Positions 1-9,714 of a DNA stretch of 64,000 nucleotides are shown in pieces. The DNA lies in assembly GCA_018970465.1 (NCBI GenBank), contig JAGWWI010000001.1, forward strand, positions 3,430-67,429. Direction: 5' to 3'. Positions within the stretch are counted from its first letter, which is position 1. Every line of letters starts with the position of its first letter. Origin of the DNA: Patescibacteria group bacterium (GTDB lineage: Bacteria; Patescibacteriota; Minisyncoccia; Phycocordibacterales; Phycocordibacteraceae). The position numbers and the translations under genes are program-made. The notes below the pieces were generated by a model, which had not been told where the DNA came from, did no database searches, and saw only the letters and a list, made by a program, of their open reading frames with translations.

Positions 1-909
1 AAGCTGCGGCCCGATCCGGCGGGACGGGAAGCGCTTATCTATCGCATGTAGCGCGTCGTCCCAGTCCCCATCGGGGAACTGCTCCATCATCGCGACGACG
101 GCGCCGAGATGCTTGAGGAGATGTGTGCGCCCTTCTTCGGGTGTCAGTCCCTGATGAAGGCGTGTCCTGCGGTTGCCTGTGGCCGTGCGTTCACTCATTT
201 CGTCGAGCGCCTCCAATATGCCCGGCGGCAGCTTCTCGTAAACTATACGGTTGGTGATGTTCGCCACCGCCCACGGGTGGTTCTTCTTGTCCTTCGTGTA
301 GCGCTCCCACGACCACCCTTTAAGGCGATATATCTGGTAGTAGTAGTCCTCGCCGAAGGCCTTGAGCCACGACTGTAGCTCCTTGGCGATGTACCGCGCC
401 ATAAGTCGCTCGTACTCGTCGCGCTCTTTCTGGTAGCCCGTCGCCTCGTCAATAAGAGCGTTGATGCCTACCGTTGCAAAGGCGCCGAGCAAAATACGGC
501 TTTGTTCAGCCACTTTTTGCTGATTTCGGGTCAATTTATGGTCCAAAAGCGCCTTCACCCATATGTCGCAGATCAGTGGTATCACTTCAGCCTTGAGGCC
601 GACGGCCTCGGCGCCATTGAGGGCCGTGTACTCCACTGTCCCAGCCATGATCTCGGGAAGGCGTTCCTCTACATATGGCTGAATGTTTTTCGCCGAGATG
701 AACTCGGGGAGCATGTCAGCGTCTGGGTTCGCCTTCCTCTTCTTCCAGTAAGCGCCACCGCCCTTCACGCCGAGGGCGAGCGCCATACTACGGATCGAGA
801 CGACGCGCTCTTTGTCTTCGAGAACGGCGCACGCAATCTTGAGAGGGCCGAGGTGATCGCCTTGGTGAGTAGCTTTGAGGATTGGGGTCGTGTTCGTCTT
901 TCTTGCCAT
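1..909 (-). CDS. P63C domain-containing protein (runs off window start; absent from the ORF track)
   Basis: Manual translation from ATG 909, open to base 1: MARKTNTTPILKATHQG...GINALIDEATGYQKER...W.KAF..DYY.QIYRLKGW...NRIVYEKLPPG...RLHQ.LT; these motifs are typical of the P63C family. Confidence 0.8.
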   Translation of the reverse strand, partial: MARKTNTTPILKATHQGDHLGPLKIACAVLEDKERVVSIRSMALALGVKGGGAYWKKRKANPDADMLPEFISAKNIQPYVEERLPEIMAGTVEYTALNGAEAVGLKAEVIPLICDIWVKALLDHKLTRNQQKVAEQSRILLGAFATVGINALIDEATGYQKERDEYERLMARYIAKELQSWLKAFGEDYYYQIYRLKGWSWERYTKDKKNHPWAVANITNRIVYEKLPPGILEALDEMSERTATGNRRTRLHQGLTPEEGRTHLLKHLGAVVAMMEQFPDGDWDDALHAIDKRFPSRRIGPQL

Positions 910-937
910 AATAAAAGGAACTTAGGGTAATGGCCCT

Positions 938-965
938 AGTGTAGCCGAGGCGTACTTGAAGTCAA
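938..965 (-). promoter_or_regulatory. sigma70-type promoter of the P63C gene, TTGACT-N16-TACACT
   Basis: -35 at 960-965, -10 at 938-943, ending 29 nt before ATG 909. Confidence 0.6.
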
Positions 966-1093
966 GGGCAAGTATCGCCGTTTTCTTTACTTACTTGATA
1001 CAAGGGGATAATCCCCAATGAGTTATTCACCTAGTGCCGTCAGGGTCTGCGCCGCGTAACCAGGGCGCCCGGCGCGGGGGTTATCGGGGGAGT

Positions 1094-1294
1094 ATGAAAA
1101 ATCTTACAGACGTCGTGCTTATCGCAGGCTTCTTGGCCGTGGACTTTCTCTTCTTCCACGACATGTTCAAGGCGGGGGAGGCGATTAGCGCGGCGCAGTA
1201 CCTTACCGGCGCCCTGAGCCTCCTCGTGATCGGCCGCTCGCTCCTCTCGCTCGCGGGCGGGCAGCAGGCGCCTGCTGCAGCGGCGCGGGCCTAG
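1094..1294 (+). CDS. small two-TM membrane protein
   Basis: MKNLTDVVLIAGFLAVDFLFFHD...; two hydrophobic segments. Confidence 0.6.
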   Translation: MKNLTDVVLIAGFLAVDFLFFHDMFKAGEAISAAQYLTGALSLLVIGRSLLSLAGGQQAPAAAARA

Positions 1295-1329
1295 CCGGCG
1301 CGGCCGCGCCCTCTGCTAGACTGGGGGCG

Positions 1330-2067
1330 ATGGCCGCTATCCTCCACAGGGCAGAAGAGCGCGGGCGGGGCGACTATGGGTGGCTCAAGACGCGCTACTC
1401 GTTCAGCTTCGCGGATTGGTACGAGCCCACGAGGATGGGATTCGGCGCGTTACGGGTGATTAACGACGATACGATCGCGGCTGGGCAAGGCTTCGGGCCC
1501 CACCCGCACAGGGACATGGAGATCGTGACGATCGTCACTCGCGGCACGGTCGCGCACCAAGACAGCGCAGGCAACACAGGCGTCACGAGGGCGGGCGAGG
1601 TGCAGGTGATGAGCGCCGGCACGGGCATCGTCCACGCGGAGGCGAACGCCTCGGCCGAGGAGCCTCTCTCGCTCTTCCAAGTCTGGATCACGCCGCGCGA
1701 GGCGGGCCTCGTGCCGCGCTACGTGCAGCAGGCGTTCGACTTCGACGCGCCGGGCGCGACGCTGCTTGCCGCGCCCACCGTAGCCTCTGGCGAAGGGCGG
1801 GCGGCGCCAAGCGAGGATGGGGGAGCGCTCACTATCAACCAAGACGCGCACATCACCCTCGCGAACGTGGCGGGCGACTTCGCCTACGCGCTTCGCGACC
1901 CAGCGCACGGCGTGTACCTCTTCGTCGTCTCGGGGGCGGTCGAGATCGCGGGCGCCACGCTCCGCGAGCGCGACGCCTTGGGCGTGACGGGCGCGAGAGC
2001 GGTCGAGACGCGCGCGCCGCAGAGCGGCGCGCGCGTACTCATCTTCGAGGTGCCGATGATCGCCTAG
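1330..2067 (+). CDS. pirin family protein (YhhW-like)
   Basis: GFGALRVINDD, GF.PHPHRDMEIVT, H.DS.GN, VQVMSAGTGIVH.E motifs. Confidence 0.93.
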   Translation: MAAILHRAEERGRGDYGWLKTRYSFSFADWYEPTRMGFGALRVINDDTIAAGQGFGPHPHRDMEIVTIVTRGTVAHQDSAGNTGVTRAGEVQVMSAGTGIVHAEANASAEEPLSLFQVWITPREAGLVPRYVQQAFDFDAPGATLLAAPTVASGEGRAAPSEDGGALTINQDAHITLANVAGDFAYALRDPAHGVYLFVVSGAVEIAGATLRERDALGVTGARAVETRAPQSGARVLIFEVPMIA

Positions 2068-2420
2068 AAGTGCGCGAGGAACGCCGCGAGCGTCGGGAGG
2101 TGCGAATGCGCGACCTCTTTGTTCGCCGTGAGGAGGGTCGCGCGGGTGCGTCGGCCGAGCTTCTCCGCGGCGAGCGCCCGGAGCGCCTTGCGATTCGCGG
2201 CGAGCTCGGCGCGGTAGCGTCGCGTGAACTCGGCGAAGCGCTCATCCGGCTTCGCGTGGTACCACTCCCGGAGCTCGCTCGAGGGCGCGAGCTCTTTGGC
2301 CCACCAATCTACCGCGGCGTCCGCCTTCGAGACCCCGCGCGGCCAGAGGCGGTCGGCGAGGATGCGGTACCCGTCGCTCTTCGCAGGGGCGTCGTAGACG
2401 CGCTTGGTCTTCGTAGTCAT
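2064..2420 (-). CDS. DUF488/YeaO family protein
   Basis: KRVYD...DGYRIL.DRLWPRGVSK...W.KELAPS.ELR.WY. Confidence 0.9.
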   Translation of the reverse strand: MTTKTKRVYDAPAKSDGYRILADRLWPRGVSKADAAVDWWAKELAPSSELREWYHAKPDERFAEFTRRYRAELAANRKALRALAAEKLGRRTRATLLTANKEVAHSHLPTLAAFLAHF

Positions 2421-2479
2421 GCCACTAGTATACGCCGCCTCACGGGCTCCTTATGCTCGTCCTGTATAATCGCGTAGGT

Positions 2480-3994
2480 ATGCCAAGAGACACGGAGCAC
2501 CAGAACATCATGCTCGTGATGGGCGCCTTGATGCTAGTCCTCCTCCTCGCCGCGCTCGACCAGACGATCGTCTCGACCGCCCTGCCGCGGATCGCGAGCG
2601 ATCTCGACGCCTTGAACGAGCTCTCCTGGGTCGTGACCGCCTACCTCCTCACGACCGCAGTCACGACCCCGCTCTACGGCAAGCTCTCCGACCTCTACGG
2701 GCGGAAGCGAATGCTCTCCGCGGCGGTGATCATCTTCCTCATTGGCTCCGCGCTCTCGGGGCTCTCGCAGGGGATCGTCGAGCTCGTCATCTTCCGCGCC
2801 GTGCAGGGCCTCGGCGCGGGCGGGCTCATCTCGCTCGTCTTCGCAGCGGTCGGGGACGTGGTCGCGCCCCGCGAACGCGGGCGCTACCAGGGCTACTTCG
2901 GCGCGGTCTTCGGCCTCGCCTCGGTCGTGGGCCCCTTATTGGGCGGGGTCGCGACCGACTATTTCTCCTGGCGGTGGATCTTCTACATTAATCTCCCGAT
3001 CGGCATCCTCGCCCTCGTTGCGCTCTATCTCCGGCTCCCCGAGCACCAGTACCACCGCCGACACGCGATCGACTACCTCGGCGCGGCGCTCCTCTCTGCG
3101 GCGGTCGTCGCCGTGCTCCTCGTCGCGGTCTGGGGCGGCGTGACCTACCCCTGGGGCTCGCCCGCAATCCTCCTCCTCGCGCTCGGGGGCGCTGCTGCGG
3201 CAGTCGCGTTCGTCGTGACGGAGGCGCGGGCCCTCGAGCCAATTCTCCCGCTCGGGCTCTTCAAGAATCGCATCTTCGCCGTCTCGACGGCGCTCTCGTT
3301 CGTCACCGGTATCGCGATGTTCGCCGCGCTCGTCTACCTGCCCGAATATCAGCAGGTGGTGCGCGGCTATTCGGCGACGAAGTCCGGGCTCCTGATGCTC
3401 CCCTTGATCCTCGGCCTCGTCGGCGCCTCGATCGGCTCGGGCCGCATCATCTCGAAGACGGGGAAGTATCGCTGGTTCCCCATCATTGGGACAATCTTGA
3501 CCGGCTACGGCCTCTGGCTCCTCTCGCACGTGGGCGTCGCGACGCCGCAGACGACGCTCTCGGTCTGGATGTTCATCACGGGCCTCGGGATCGGCTCCTT
3601 CATGCAGGTCTTGACGCTCTCGGTGCAGAACGCCGTTGACCCGCGCGACCTCGGCACCGCGACCGCCTCGGTCGCGTTCTTCCGCACCATCGGCTCGACC
3701 TTGGGCACCGCGGGCCTCGGCGCCTTGCTCGCGAACCGCGTGCAGGAGTATATCGCCGCGCTCCTCCCGGGCGCTGCGGGGCAGGTGAACGTCTCGGGCG
3801 GCTTCTCGACGATCGCGCGGCTCGACCCGGCGGTCGCGCTCCGCGTCACGGAGGCATTCGCGGCGGCATTCCGCGACCTCTTCCTCTGGACCTTGCCCTT
3901 CGCCCTCGCGGCCTTCGTCATCTCCTTCTTCCTCAAAGAAATGCCCTTGCGCGAACGCTCCGAAGAGTACGCGGCAGGGCAGGGATTTGAATAG
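2480..3994 (+). CDS. MFS drug:H+ antiporter, DHA2/EmrB-QacA family
   Basis: LAALDQTIVSTALP, YGKLSDLYGRK, GPLLGG, WRWIFYINLPIG; about 14 TM segments. Confidence 0.93.
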   Translation: MPRDTEHQNIMLVMGALMLVLLLAALDQTIVSTALPRIASDLDALNELSWVVTAYLLTTAVTTPLYGKLSDLYGRKRMLSAAVIIFLIGSALSGLSQGIVELVIFRAVQGLGAGGLISLVFAAVGDVVAPRERGRYQGYFGAVFGLASVVGPLLGGVATDYFSWRWIFYINLPIGILALVALYLRLPEHQYHRRHAIDYLGAALLSAAVVAVLLVAVWGGVTYPWGSPAILLLALGGAAAAVAFVVTEARALEPILPLGLFKNRIFAVSTALSFVTGIAMFAALVYLPEYQQVVRGYSATKSGLLMLPLILGLVGASIGSGRIISKTGKYRWFPIIGTILTGYGLWLLSHVGVATPQTTLSVWMFITGLGIGSFMQVLTLSVQNAVDPRDLGTATASVAFFRTIGSTLGTAGLGALLANRVQEYIAALLPGAAGQVNVSGGFSTIARLDPAVALRVTEAFAAAFRDLFLWTLPFALAAFVISFFLKEMPLRERSEEYAAGQGFE

Positions 3995-4002
3995 CGCGCG
4001 AG

Positions 4003-4029
4003 AAGCCCCGGCCATAGAGGCCGGGGCTT
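4003..4029. terminator. hairpin between convergent genes
   Basis: aagccccggcc-ataga-ggccggggctt, 11-bp stem. Confidence 0.6.
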
Positions 4030-4044
4030 ATCTTATAGGCACGA

Positions 4045-4386
4045 TCACGCACGGTGAAACCTTTTGATCGGCCCATCATAGGCGGCCAAGAAGGCTTCCA
4101 TGTCGAACGGCGGCTCCGGCCCTCCAGGCGTACTCTTGTGGTGCCGACAGAGCTTGTAGAGCAGGTCGGCATGGGTGAGGTTGGGGAACAGGTGCTCGAA
4201 GATGTGCATGAAGTTGAGCACGCCGACCATCCACACGGCCATACTAAGCTCTCCTTCGCGGTTATGGCGCTCGTAGTGCGCGCCGACGTGTTCGCGGAAG
4301 TGGGCGATAAGCTGGTCGGCCCCGCGCTGCTCGGCGATCAAGCGGCACCATTCCGCGTGAACAGCTACCGCTCTGTGTTCGTTCAT
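4045..4386 (-). CDS. hypothetical protein
   Basis: 113-aa ORF lying between two hairpins; no recognised motif. Confidence 0.45.
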   Translation of the reverse strand: MNEHRAVAVHAEWCRLIAEQRGADQLIAHFREHVGAHYERHNREGELSMAVWMVGVLNFMHIFEHLFPNLTHADLLYKLCRHHKSTPGGPEPPFDMEAFLAAYDGPIKRFHRA

Positions 4387-4454
4387 TGATTCGGTCCCTT
4401 CAGTCGGTGATCCTCGACCCTTATACGACAGCGCATACTGGGGCGCAAGCGCAG

Positions 4455-4484
4455 AAACGGGCGGCCCGAAGGCCGCCCGTTTTT
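4455..4484. terminator. intrinsic terminator-like hairpin
   Basis: aaacgggcggcc-cgaa-ggccgcccgttt followed by tt. Confidence 0.65.
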
Positions 4485-4519
4485 CGAAATTCCGGATCAG
4501 TTCTGCGCGTTCTCTTCGC

Positions 4520-4720
4520 TCATCGAGCTGCGGCCATGACGCTTAGGGCATGCCGGATCCGCCAGATGAAGGTACCGGCTGCGGTCATGGGCGTGCCACA
4601 GGGGCAGAAGTCCCCGTCGCGCCCCGCGTCATAGTGCATATGCGCGCAGAAGAAGGGGCCTTCATCCTCAGCTGTGCTCGCGAGGGCTGTCGTTGACAGC
4701 AGTAGCGCTCGTTGGGTCAT
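4520..4720 (-). CDS. small hypothetical protein with Cys/His cluster
   Basis: GGGAGG 6 nt before ATG 4720; FFCAHMH...FCPCGTPM. Confidence 0.4.
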   Translation of the reverse strand: MTQRALLLSTTALASTAEDEGPFFCAHMHYDAGRDGDFCPCGTPMTAAGTFIWRIRHALSVMAAAR

Positions 4721-4784
4721 TGTTGGCCTCCCGTTGTTCTGCAATTTGAGTATCATTTGGCGGGCGTGGTGTAAAGCAAGTAGA

Positions 4785-5531
4785 ATGGACCCAATGAGGA
4801 TTGTCTTCTTCGACACCGAGACGACCGGGGGCGCCGAGAAGGATCGGCTCATCCAGCTTGCGGCCAAAGACCGGCGCGCCCTCGCGCCGGTCGTGAATGC
4901 GCTCTACAAGCCGCCCTTGCCGATCTCGATAGAGAGCATGGCGATCCACCACATCACCGAGAAGATGGTCGCCGAGCGGCCGGCCTTCACCGAGGCGCCC
5001 GAATATGCCGAGCTCAAAGCGCTCTTCGAGCATCCGGACACGTTCGCCGTCGCGCACAATGCGGCCTTCGACCTCGCGATGCTCGCGCGGGAGGGGATTC
5101 GCCCGGCGAACGTTATCTGCACCTACAAGGTCGCGCGGGCCCTCGACCCCTCGGAGGTCGTCGAGCGCTACCAGCTCCAGTACCTGCGCTACCTCCTCGG
5201 GCTCGAAGTCGAGGCGGCGGCCCACGACGCCTGGGGCGACGTGCTCGTCCTTGAGGCGGTCTTCGAGCGCCTATTCGCCAAGGTGGTCGAGCGGGAGGGG
5301 AGCGAGGCAGCGGCGATCGAGCGGATGCGCGCCATCTCTGCCGAGCCGGTCCTCTTCACTACGCTCCGCTTCGGCAAGTATAAGGGCAAGAAGATCGCAG
5401 AGGTCGCCCGCGAGGATCGCGGCTACCTCGAATGGCTCCTCCGCGAGAAGCGCAAGGAGCCTGCGGGTGAGGAGGACTGGATCGCGACCCTGGAGCGCGC
5501 GCTTAGCGCGGCGCCCGTTGCGCGCGCCTAA
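4785..5531 (+). CDS. DEDDh 3'-5' exonuclease (ExoX/DnaQ-like) with C-terminal FGKYKG domain
   Basis: FFDTETTG, VAHNAAFD, AHDAWGDV, LRFGKYKG...YLEWL. Confidence 0.88.
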   Translation: MDPMRIVFFDTETTGGAEKDRLIQLAAKDRRALAPVVNALYKPPLPISIESMAIHHITEKMVAERPAFTEAPEYAELKALFEHPDTFAVAHNAAFDLAMLAREGIRPANVICTYKVARALDPSEVVERYQLQYLRYLLGLEVEAAAHDAWGDVLVLEAVFERLFAKVVEREGSEAAAIERMRAISAEPVLFTTLRFGKYKGKKIAEVAREDRGYLEWLLREKRKEPAGEEDWIATLERALSAAPVARA

Positions 5532-5908
5532 TTCGCACTCTCGGCGAGCCGCGGTGCCTGCCGGTACTGCCGCCAGACAAGGCCGAGCGCGAGCACGAAG
5601 AGGATCAACGCGCCGAAGTCGTCGCCCGCCGAAGACGGGTCGTCGAACTCGACGAGGAGCGCGCCGATCTTGGTTGCGAGCGCGAGCGCTACGAGCGCGA
5701 CCGGCGCGATCGAGCGCGCGAATCGGTTGCGGCCTCGGCGGTACCACCAGATCCCGGCGAGGCTGAGGAGGAAGAGGACGCCGTCGTCGATCTTGTCCGG
5801 CACGTCATTCTCGAAGAACACCTCAGGGAGGAAGGCGAAGCCCGAGAGCCCGACGATAGCGACGCCGAGGAGATTCACGCCGCAGTGTACGGATTCAGAG
5901 AGTGTCAT
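5528..5908 (-). CDS. four-TM membrane protein
   Basis: four hydrophobic segments with a repeated DD motif. Confidence 0.6.
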   Translation of the reverse strand: MTLSESVHCGVNLLGVAIVGLSGFAFLPEVFFENDVPDKIDDGVLFLLSLAGIWWYRRGRNRFARSIAPVALVALALATKIGALLVEFDDPSSAGDDFGALILFVLALGLVWRQYRQAPRLAESAN

Positions 5909-5947
5909 GTGTCGTAGAGTATAGCAGTCCTGCTATACTCGCCCCAA

Positions 5948-6805
5948 ATGCCCGTACGCATTCTCGCTCTCATCGCGCTTGCCGCCTTCGCGGGCGGCTA
6001 CGGCGTCGTCCGGCTCGCGCACGGACACGTCCCGGGTGCGCGCGAGGCAGCTGTCGCGCAAGTGCTGCTTGCCGGAGCGCCGGATGTCGTCGCAGAGCCC
6101 GTCGCAACCTCCTCGGAGCCGACCGCGGGGGCGCCGGGGAATGTCCGCGTTCCCATTCTCGTCTATCACATAGTCCGGCCGAGCTACCCCTCCGACTCGG
6201 CGGCGGTGCGCGCGCTCGCGGTGACGCCCGAGACCTTCGACGCCGAGCTCGCGCACCTCGCGAGCGCGGGCTATCGCGTCGTCCCGCTCGCGGCGCTCGA
6301 GTCGAGCCTCGCCTCCTCGACCCCGCTCCCCGCGAAGCCGGTCGTGATCACGCTCGACGACGGCTGGGAGGACCAGTACCAGTACGCGTTCCCGATCCTC
6401 AGGGCGCACGGCGACCCGGCGACCTTCTTCGTCTTCACCAACGCGATCGGGCGCAAAGGGTTCTTCACCTGGAGCGAGCTCAAGGAGATGCTCGCTGTGG
6501 GGATGTCGATCGGCGACCACACGGAGTCGCACCCGTACCTCACGCGCCTCTCGCTCGCGAAGCAGCAGCAGGAGATCCTCGGCGCGCGCGCGATCCTCGA
6601 GCGCGGGCTCGGCGTCTCTATCCGGGAATTCGCGTACCCCTTCGGCCTCCACGACGCGACGACGACCGCGATCCTCTCGGCCGCAGGCTTCGCCGCCGCG
6701 CGCGACGACGGCGGGTCGCCGCTCCAGTCCCTCGCCAAGATCTACACGCTCGGCTCGATGAACGCGCCCACCACGACCGCGGCCTTCGACCGCTGGTTCC
6801 CTTGA
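5948..6805 (+). CDS. polysaccharide deacetylase (CE4/NodB)
   Basis: PILVYH, ITLDDGWEDQ, IGDHTESHP, FAYPFG; N-terminal anchor. Confidence 0.9.
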   Translation: MPVRILALIALAAFAGGYGVVRLAHGHVPGAREAAVAQVLLAGAPDVVAEPVATSSEPTAGAPGNVRVPILVYHIVRPSYPSDSAAVRALAVTPETFDAELAHLASAGYRVVPLAALESSLASSTPLPAKPVVITLDDGWEDQYQYAFPILRAHGDPATFFVFTNAIGRKGFFTWSELKEMLAVGMSIGDHTESHPYLTRLSLAKQQQEILGARAILERGLGVSIREFAYPFGLHDATTTAILSAAGFAAARDDGGSPLQSLAKIYTLGSMNAPTTTAAFDRWFP

Positions 6806-6823
6806 CCTGCTATCATGGCCGGG

Positions 6824-7978
6824 ATGAAGCGGCTGCAGACCGAATCCGGGCCCTATTATCTTGCGGTCGCGGGGATGATCGCGCTCGCGGGCGCGGTCTA
6901 TCTCGCGGGCGTCTCGGACGCCTTCGCCACCGTCTACCGGCAGGGCGCCGCGCTCGCGACCTCGACTGCCGCGGCCGCTGCGAGCCCGGCTTGGCCGCTC
7001 GCGCTTGATACGGCTGACTACAACCGCCGGCTCCTCGCTTTGGCGCACATCCCGCTCGCCTCGACGACCCCGGACGCCGCGCGCGCCGCGGCGACCACGA
7101 CGCCGCGGCTCCTCCTCGCGACCTCGAGCGCCTCGACCTCCGTCGCGGTGGCAGGCAAGAAGTGGCCGCATTCGACCGTCTACCCAGAAGGGGGCGCGAT
7201 CTTGCCCTTCCATCGCATCGTCGCCTACTACGGCAACTTCTACTCCAAGCAGATGGGCGTCCTCGGCGAATATCCGCCCGATGTCGTCCTCGCGAAGCTT
7301 GCCTCGACGACCGCGGCCTGGGCCGCCGCCGACCCCGCGACTCCGACTATCCCCGCGATCCAGTACATCGCGGTCGTCGCGCAGGGCTCGGCCACCAAGA
7401 ACGGCAAGTGGATCGCGCGCATGCCGGACGACCAAGTCGACAAAGCGCTTGCGATGGCGAACCAGATCCACGGGCTCCTCTTCCTCGACGTGCAGGTAGG
7501 GCAGTCGAACGTCGAGACCGAGATCCCGATGCTCGAGAAGTACTTGCAGATGCCGAACGTCGAGCTCGCGATCGACCCCGAGTTCTCGATGAAGGACGGC
7601 TCGGCGCCGGGGAGGGAGATCGGCACGATGAATCAGGACGACGTGAACTGGACGGCCCAGTATCTGGCGAAGCTTGTCCGCGACAATAAGCTCCCGCCGA
7701 AGGTGCTCGTGGTGCACCGCTTCACCTACGACATGCTCCGCGGCGCAGCGCTCGTGAAGCCCCTGCCCGAGGTCGAGGTCGTCGTCGACATGGACGGGTG
7801 GGGCGGCCAGGCGAAGAAGATCGGCACCTACACCAACATCGTTGCGCCCGAGCCGATCCAGTTCACCGGCTTGAAGCTCTTCTACCACGCAGACTTGAAG
7901 CCGCCCTCGACCGGCATGCTCAGCATGAAGCAAGTGCTCTCGCTCACCCCTGCGCCGATTTATATCCAGTATCAGTAG
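6824..7978 (+). CDS. membrane-anchored extracellular protein of unknown function
   Basis: N-terminal TM, Ala/Thr linker, globular domain (RIVAYYG, LFLDVQVG, LAIDPEF, VDMDGWG). Confidence 0.7.
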   Translation: MKRLQTESGPYYLAVAGMIALAGAVYLAGVSDAFATVYRQGAALATSTAAAAASPAWPLALDTADYNRRLLALAHIPLASTTPDAARAAATTTPRLLLATSSASTSVAVAGKKWPHSTVYPEGGAILPFHRIVAYYGNFYSKQMGVLGEYPPDVVLAKLASTTAAWAAADPATPTIPAIQYIAVVAQGSATKNGKWIARMPDDQVDKALAMANQIHGLLFLDVQVGQSNVETEIPMLEKYLQMPNVELAIDPEFSMKDGSAPGREIGTMNQDDVNWTAQYLAKLVRDNKLPPKVLVVHRFTYDMLRGAALVKPLPEVEVVVDMDGWGGQAKKIGTYTNIVAPEPIQFTGLKLFYHADLKPPSTGMLSMKQVLSLTPAPIYIQYQ

Positions 7979-8287
7979 CTAGCGCGGCTTCCAGTGCGAG
8001 AGGGGGAGCGCGACGCGCGGGCCGGCGAATTTGACGCCTTCGGCTGCGAGCTTCTCGCGCTTCGCGAGGATGCCGTCGAATGCGTAGCCCACGAGAGCGC
8101 CGCCCGCGCCGACGACGCGGTGGCAGGGGACCTTCTGCGGGTTCGTATTGCGCGACATGAGCATGCCGACGGCGCGGGCGGCCTTCGGATTCCCGGCGAG
8201 GGCTGCCACCTGGCCGTAGGTCGCGACCTTGCCCTTCGGGATCTTGGCGACGGTGTCGTATACGCGCTGCTTGAATGAATCGTCCAT
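7979..8287 (-). CDS. methylated-DNA-protein-cysteine methyltransferase, single-domain MGMT/ATL type
   Basis: IPKGKVATYGQVA, AARAVG, active-site PCHRVV. Confidence 0.9.
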   Translation of the reverse strand: MDDSFKQRVYDTVAKIPKGKVATYGQVAALAGNPKAARAVGMLMSRNTNPQKVPCHRVVGAGGALVGYAFDGILAKREKLAAEGVKFAGPRVALPLSHWKPR

Positions 8288-8312
8288 GCGTTCATGGTAT
8301 CATCGGCCGCAT

Positions 8313-9008
8313 ATGGACACCAACAAATGGCTCACGCCCGCTGCGGTCGTGCTCGCGGGCCTCTTTATCGGCGGGGCGATCGTCTGGAACAACCAGCACC
8401 CGGCGCAGGCAGGCGCGGGCGCTCCGGGCAGCGGCGCCCCTGCACCCACTGCTAACATTGCGGATGTGAACACCGCCGGCGAGCCCTACATCGGCAACGC
8501 GAACGCGCCCGTCACGATCGCCTTCTGGAGCGACTACCAGTGCCCGTTCTGCAAGCAGTTCGAAGAGCAGACGCTGCCGCAGTTGAAGAAGGGGTATGTC
8601 GATACTGGGAAGGCGAAGGTCGTCTTCCTCGACTTCGCGTTCCTCGGGAATGACTCGATCACGGGCGCGGAGTACGGCCGCGCGGTGTGGAAGCTCTACC
8701 CGAACCAGTACTTCGCCTGGCGCACCGCGATGTTCAACGCGCAGGACCAGGAGGGCGATCAGGGCTTCGGCAATGCCGCGTCGATCGACAAGCTCGACGC
8801 GACCGTCCCGGGCCTCGACGCGGCGAAGATCGCCGCGGACGTCGCCGCGAACAAGGCGACCTACGACGCGGCGATTGCCGCCGACAAGGCCGAGGCGCAG
8901 AAGGAGGGCGTGAACGCGACGCCGTCGTTCGTGATCGGCACGCAGCTCATCGCGGGCGCCGTGCCGCTCGCGCAGTTCCAGACCGCGCTCGCGGCCGTCG
9001 TCAAGTAA
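8313..9008 (+). CDS. DsbA family thioredoxin-fold protein
   Basis: N-terminal TM; SDYQCPFC; GVNATPSF. Confidence 0.9.
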   Translation: MDTNKWLTPAAVVLAGLFIGGAIVWNNQHPAQAGAGAPGSGAPAPTANIADVNTAGEPYIGNANAPVTIAFWSDYQCPFCKQFEEQTLPQLKKGYVDTGKAKVVFLDFAFLGNDSITGAEYGRAVWKLYPNQYFAWRTAMFNAQDQEGDQGFGNAASIDKLDATVPGLDAAKIAADVAANKATYDAAIAADKAEAQKEGVNATPSFVIGTQLIAGAVPLAQFQTALAAVVK

Positions 9009-9063
9009 GGGCGAAGAAGGGTCCCGCGACCGGCTCCGCCGGTCGCGGGTTATCCTTATCTAT

Positions 9064-9696
9064 ATGAAGAAACCTTCGCTCTCCCGAGCCCTCGCGCTCT
9101 GGGTTCCGTTTGTTGTCGCCTTCTCGGGCGTGTTCCTCTTCGCTGCGTGGGCGGTGCAGCAGAACTATCGCCTCGGGCTCGACGATCCGCAGATCGGCAT
9201 GGCCGAGGACGCCGCGCGCGCCTTGGCAGGCGGCGTTGCGCCCGAGGACGCCGTCGCGGACGGCAGGTCGCCTGTCGACATGGCCGCTTCGCTCGACCCC
9301 TGGCTCGCCGTCTACGACGCCTCCGGCGCGCCCGTCGCGGCGAACGGGCTCCTCGACGGCGCCCTGCCGCAGCTCCCGCCCGGCGTCTTCGACACGAGCG
9401 AGTGGCAACGCATCGTCATCGGCCACCACTTCAACCAGTCGCCTCCCGATGAATTCCGCTTCTCCTGGGAGCCGCGATACCCAGGTGCGCCAGGTGGGGA
9501 AGTGCGGCAGGCCGTCGTGCTCGTCCACTACGAGACGCCGACGGGCGGCGCGGGCTTCGTTGCCGCCGGTCGCAACATGCGCGTCGTCGAGAGCCGCGAG
9601 GCGACGCTTCGCGAGGGCGCCGCCATCCTCTGGGGCGGCACCTCGCTCGCGACCCTCGCGGCAATCATCCTCCTCCTCGCGCTCGGGTGGCTCTAG
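9064..9696 (+). CDS. two-TM protein with an extracytoplasmic sensor-like domain
   Basis: TM-QQNYR..LDDPQI..A...-TM architecture. Confidence 0.65.
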   Translation: MKKPSLSRALALWVPFVVAFSGVFLFAAWAVQQNYRLGLDDPQIGMAEDAARALAGGVAPEDAVADGRSPVDMAASLDPWLAVYDASGAPVAANGLLDGALPQLPPGVFDTSEWQRIVIGHHFNQSPPDEFRFSWEPRYPGAPGGEVRQAVVLVHYETPTGGAGFVAAGRNMRVVESREATLREGAAILWGGTSLATLAAIILLLALGWL

Positions 9697-9714
9697 TGCG
9701 GTATCATAGCCGGC

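Noticed and set aside
5902-7933. Long alternative-frame and antisense ORFs (e.g. 5933-7933; also 51638-54157 and 56841-58598)
   Set aside because: Arg/Gly/Ala-rich shadows of real genes, expected at high GC
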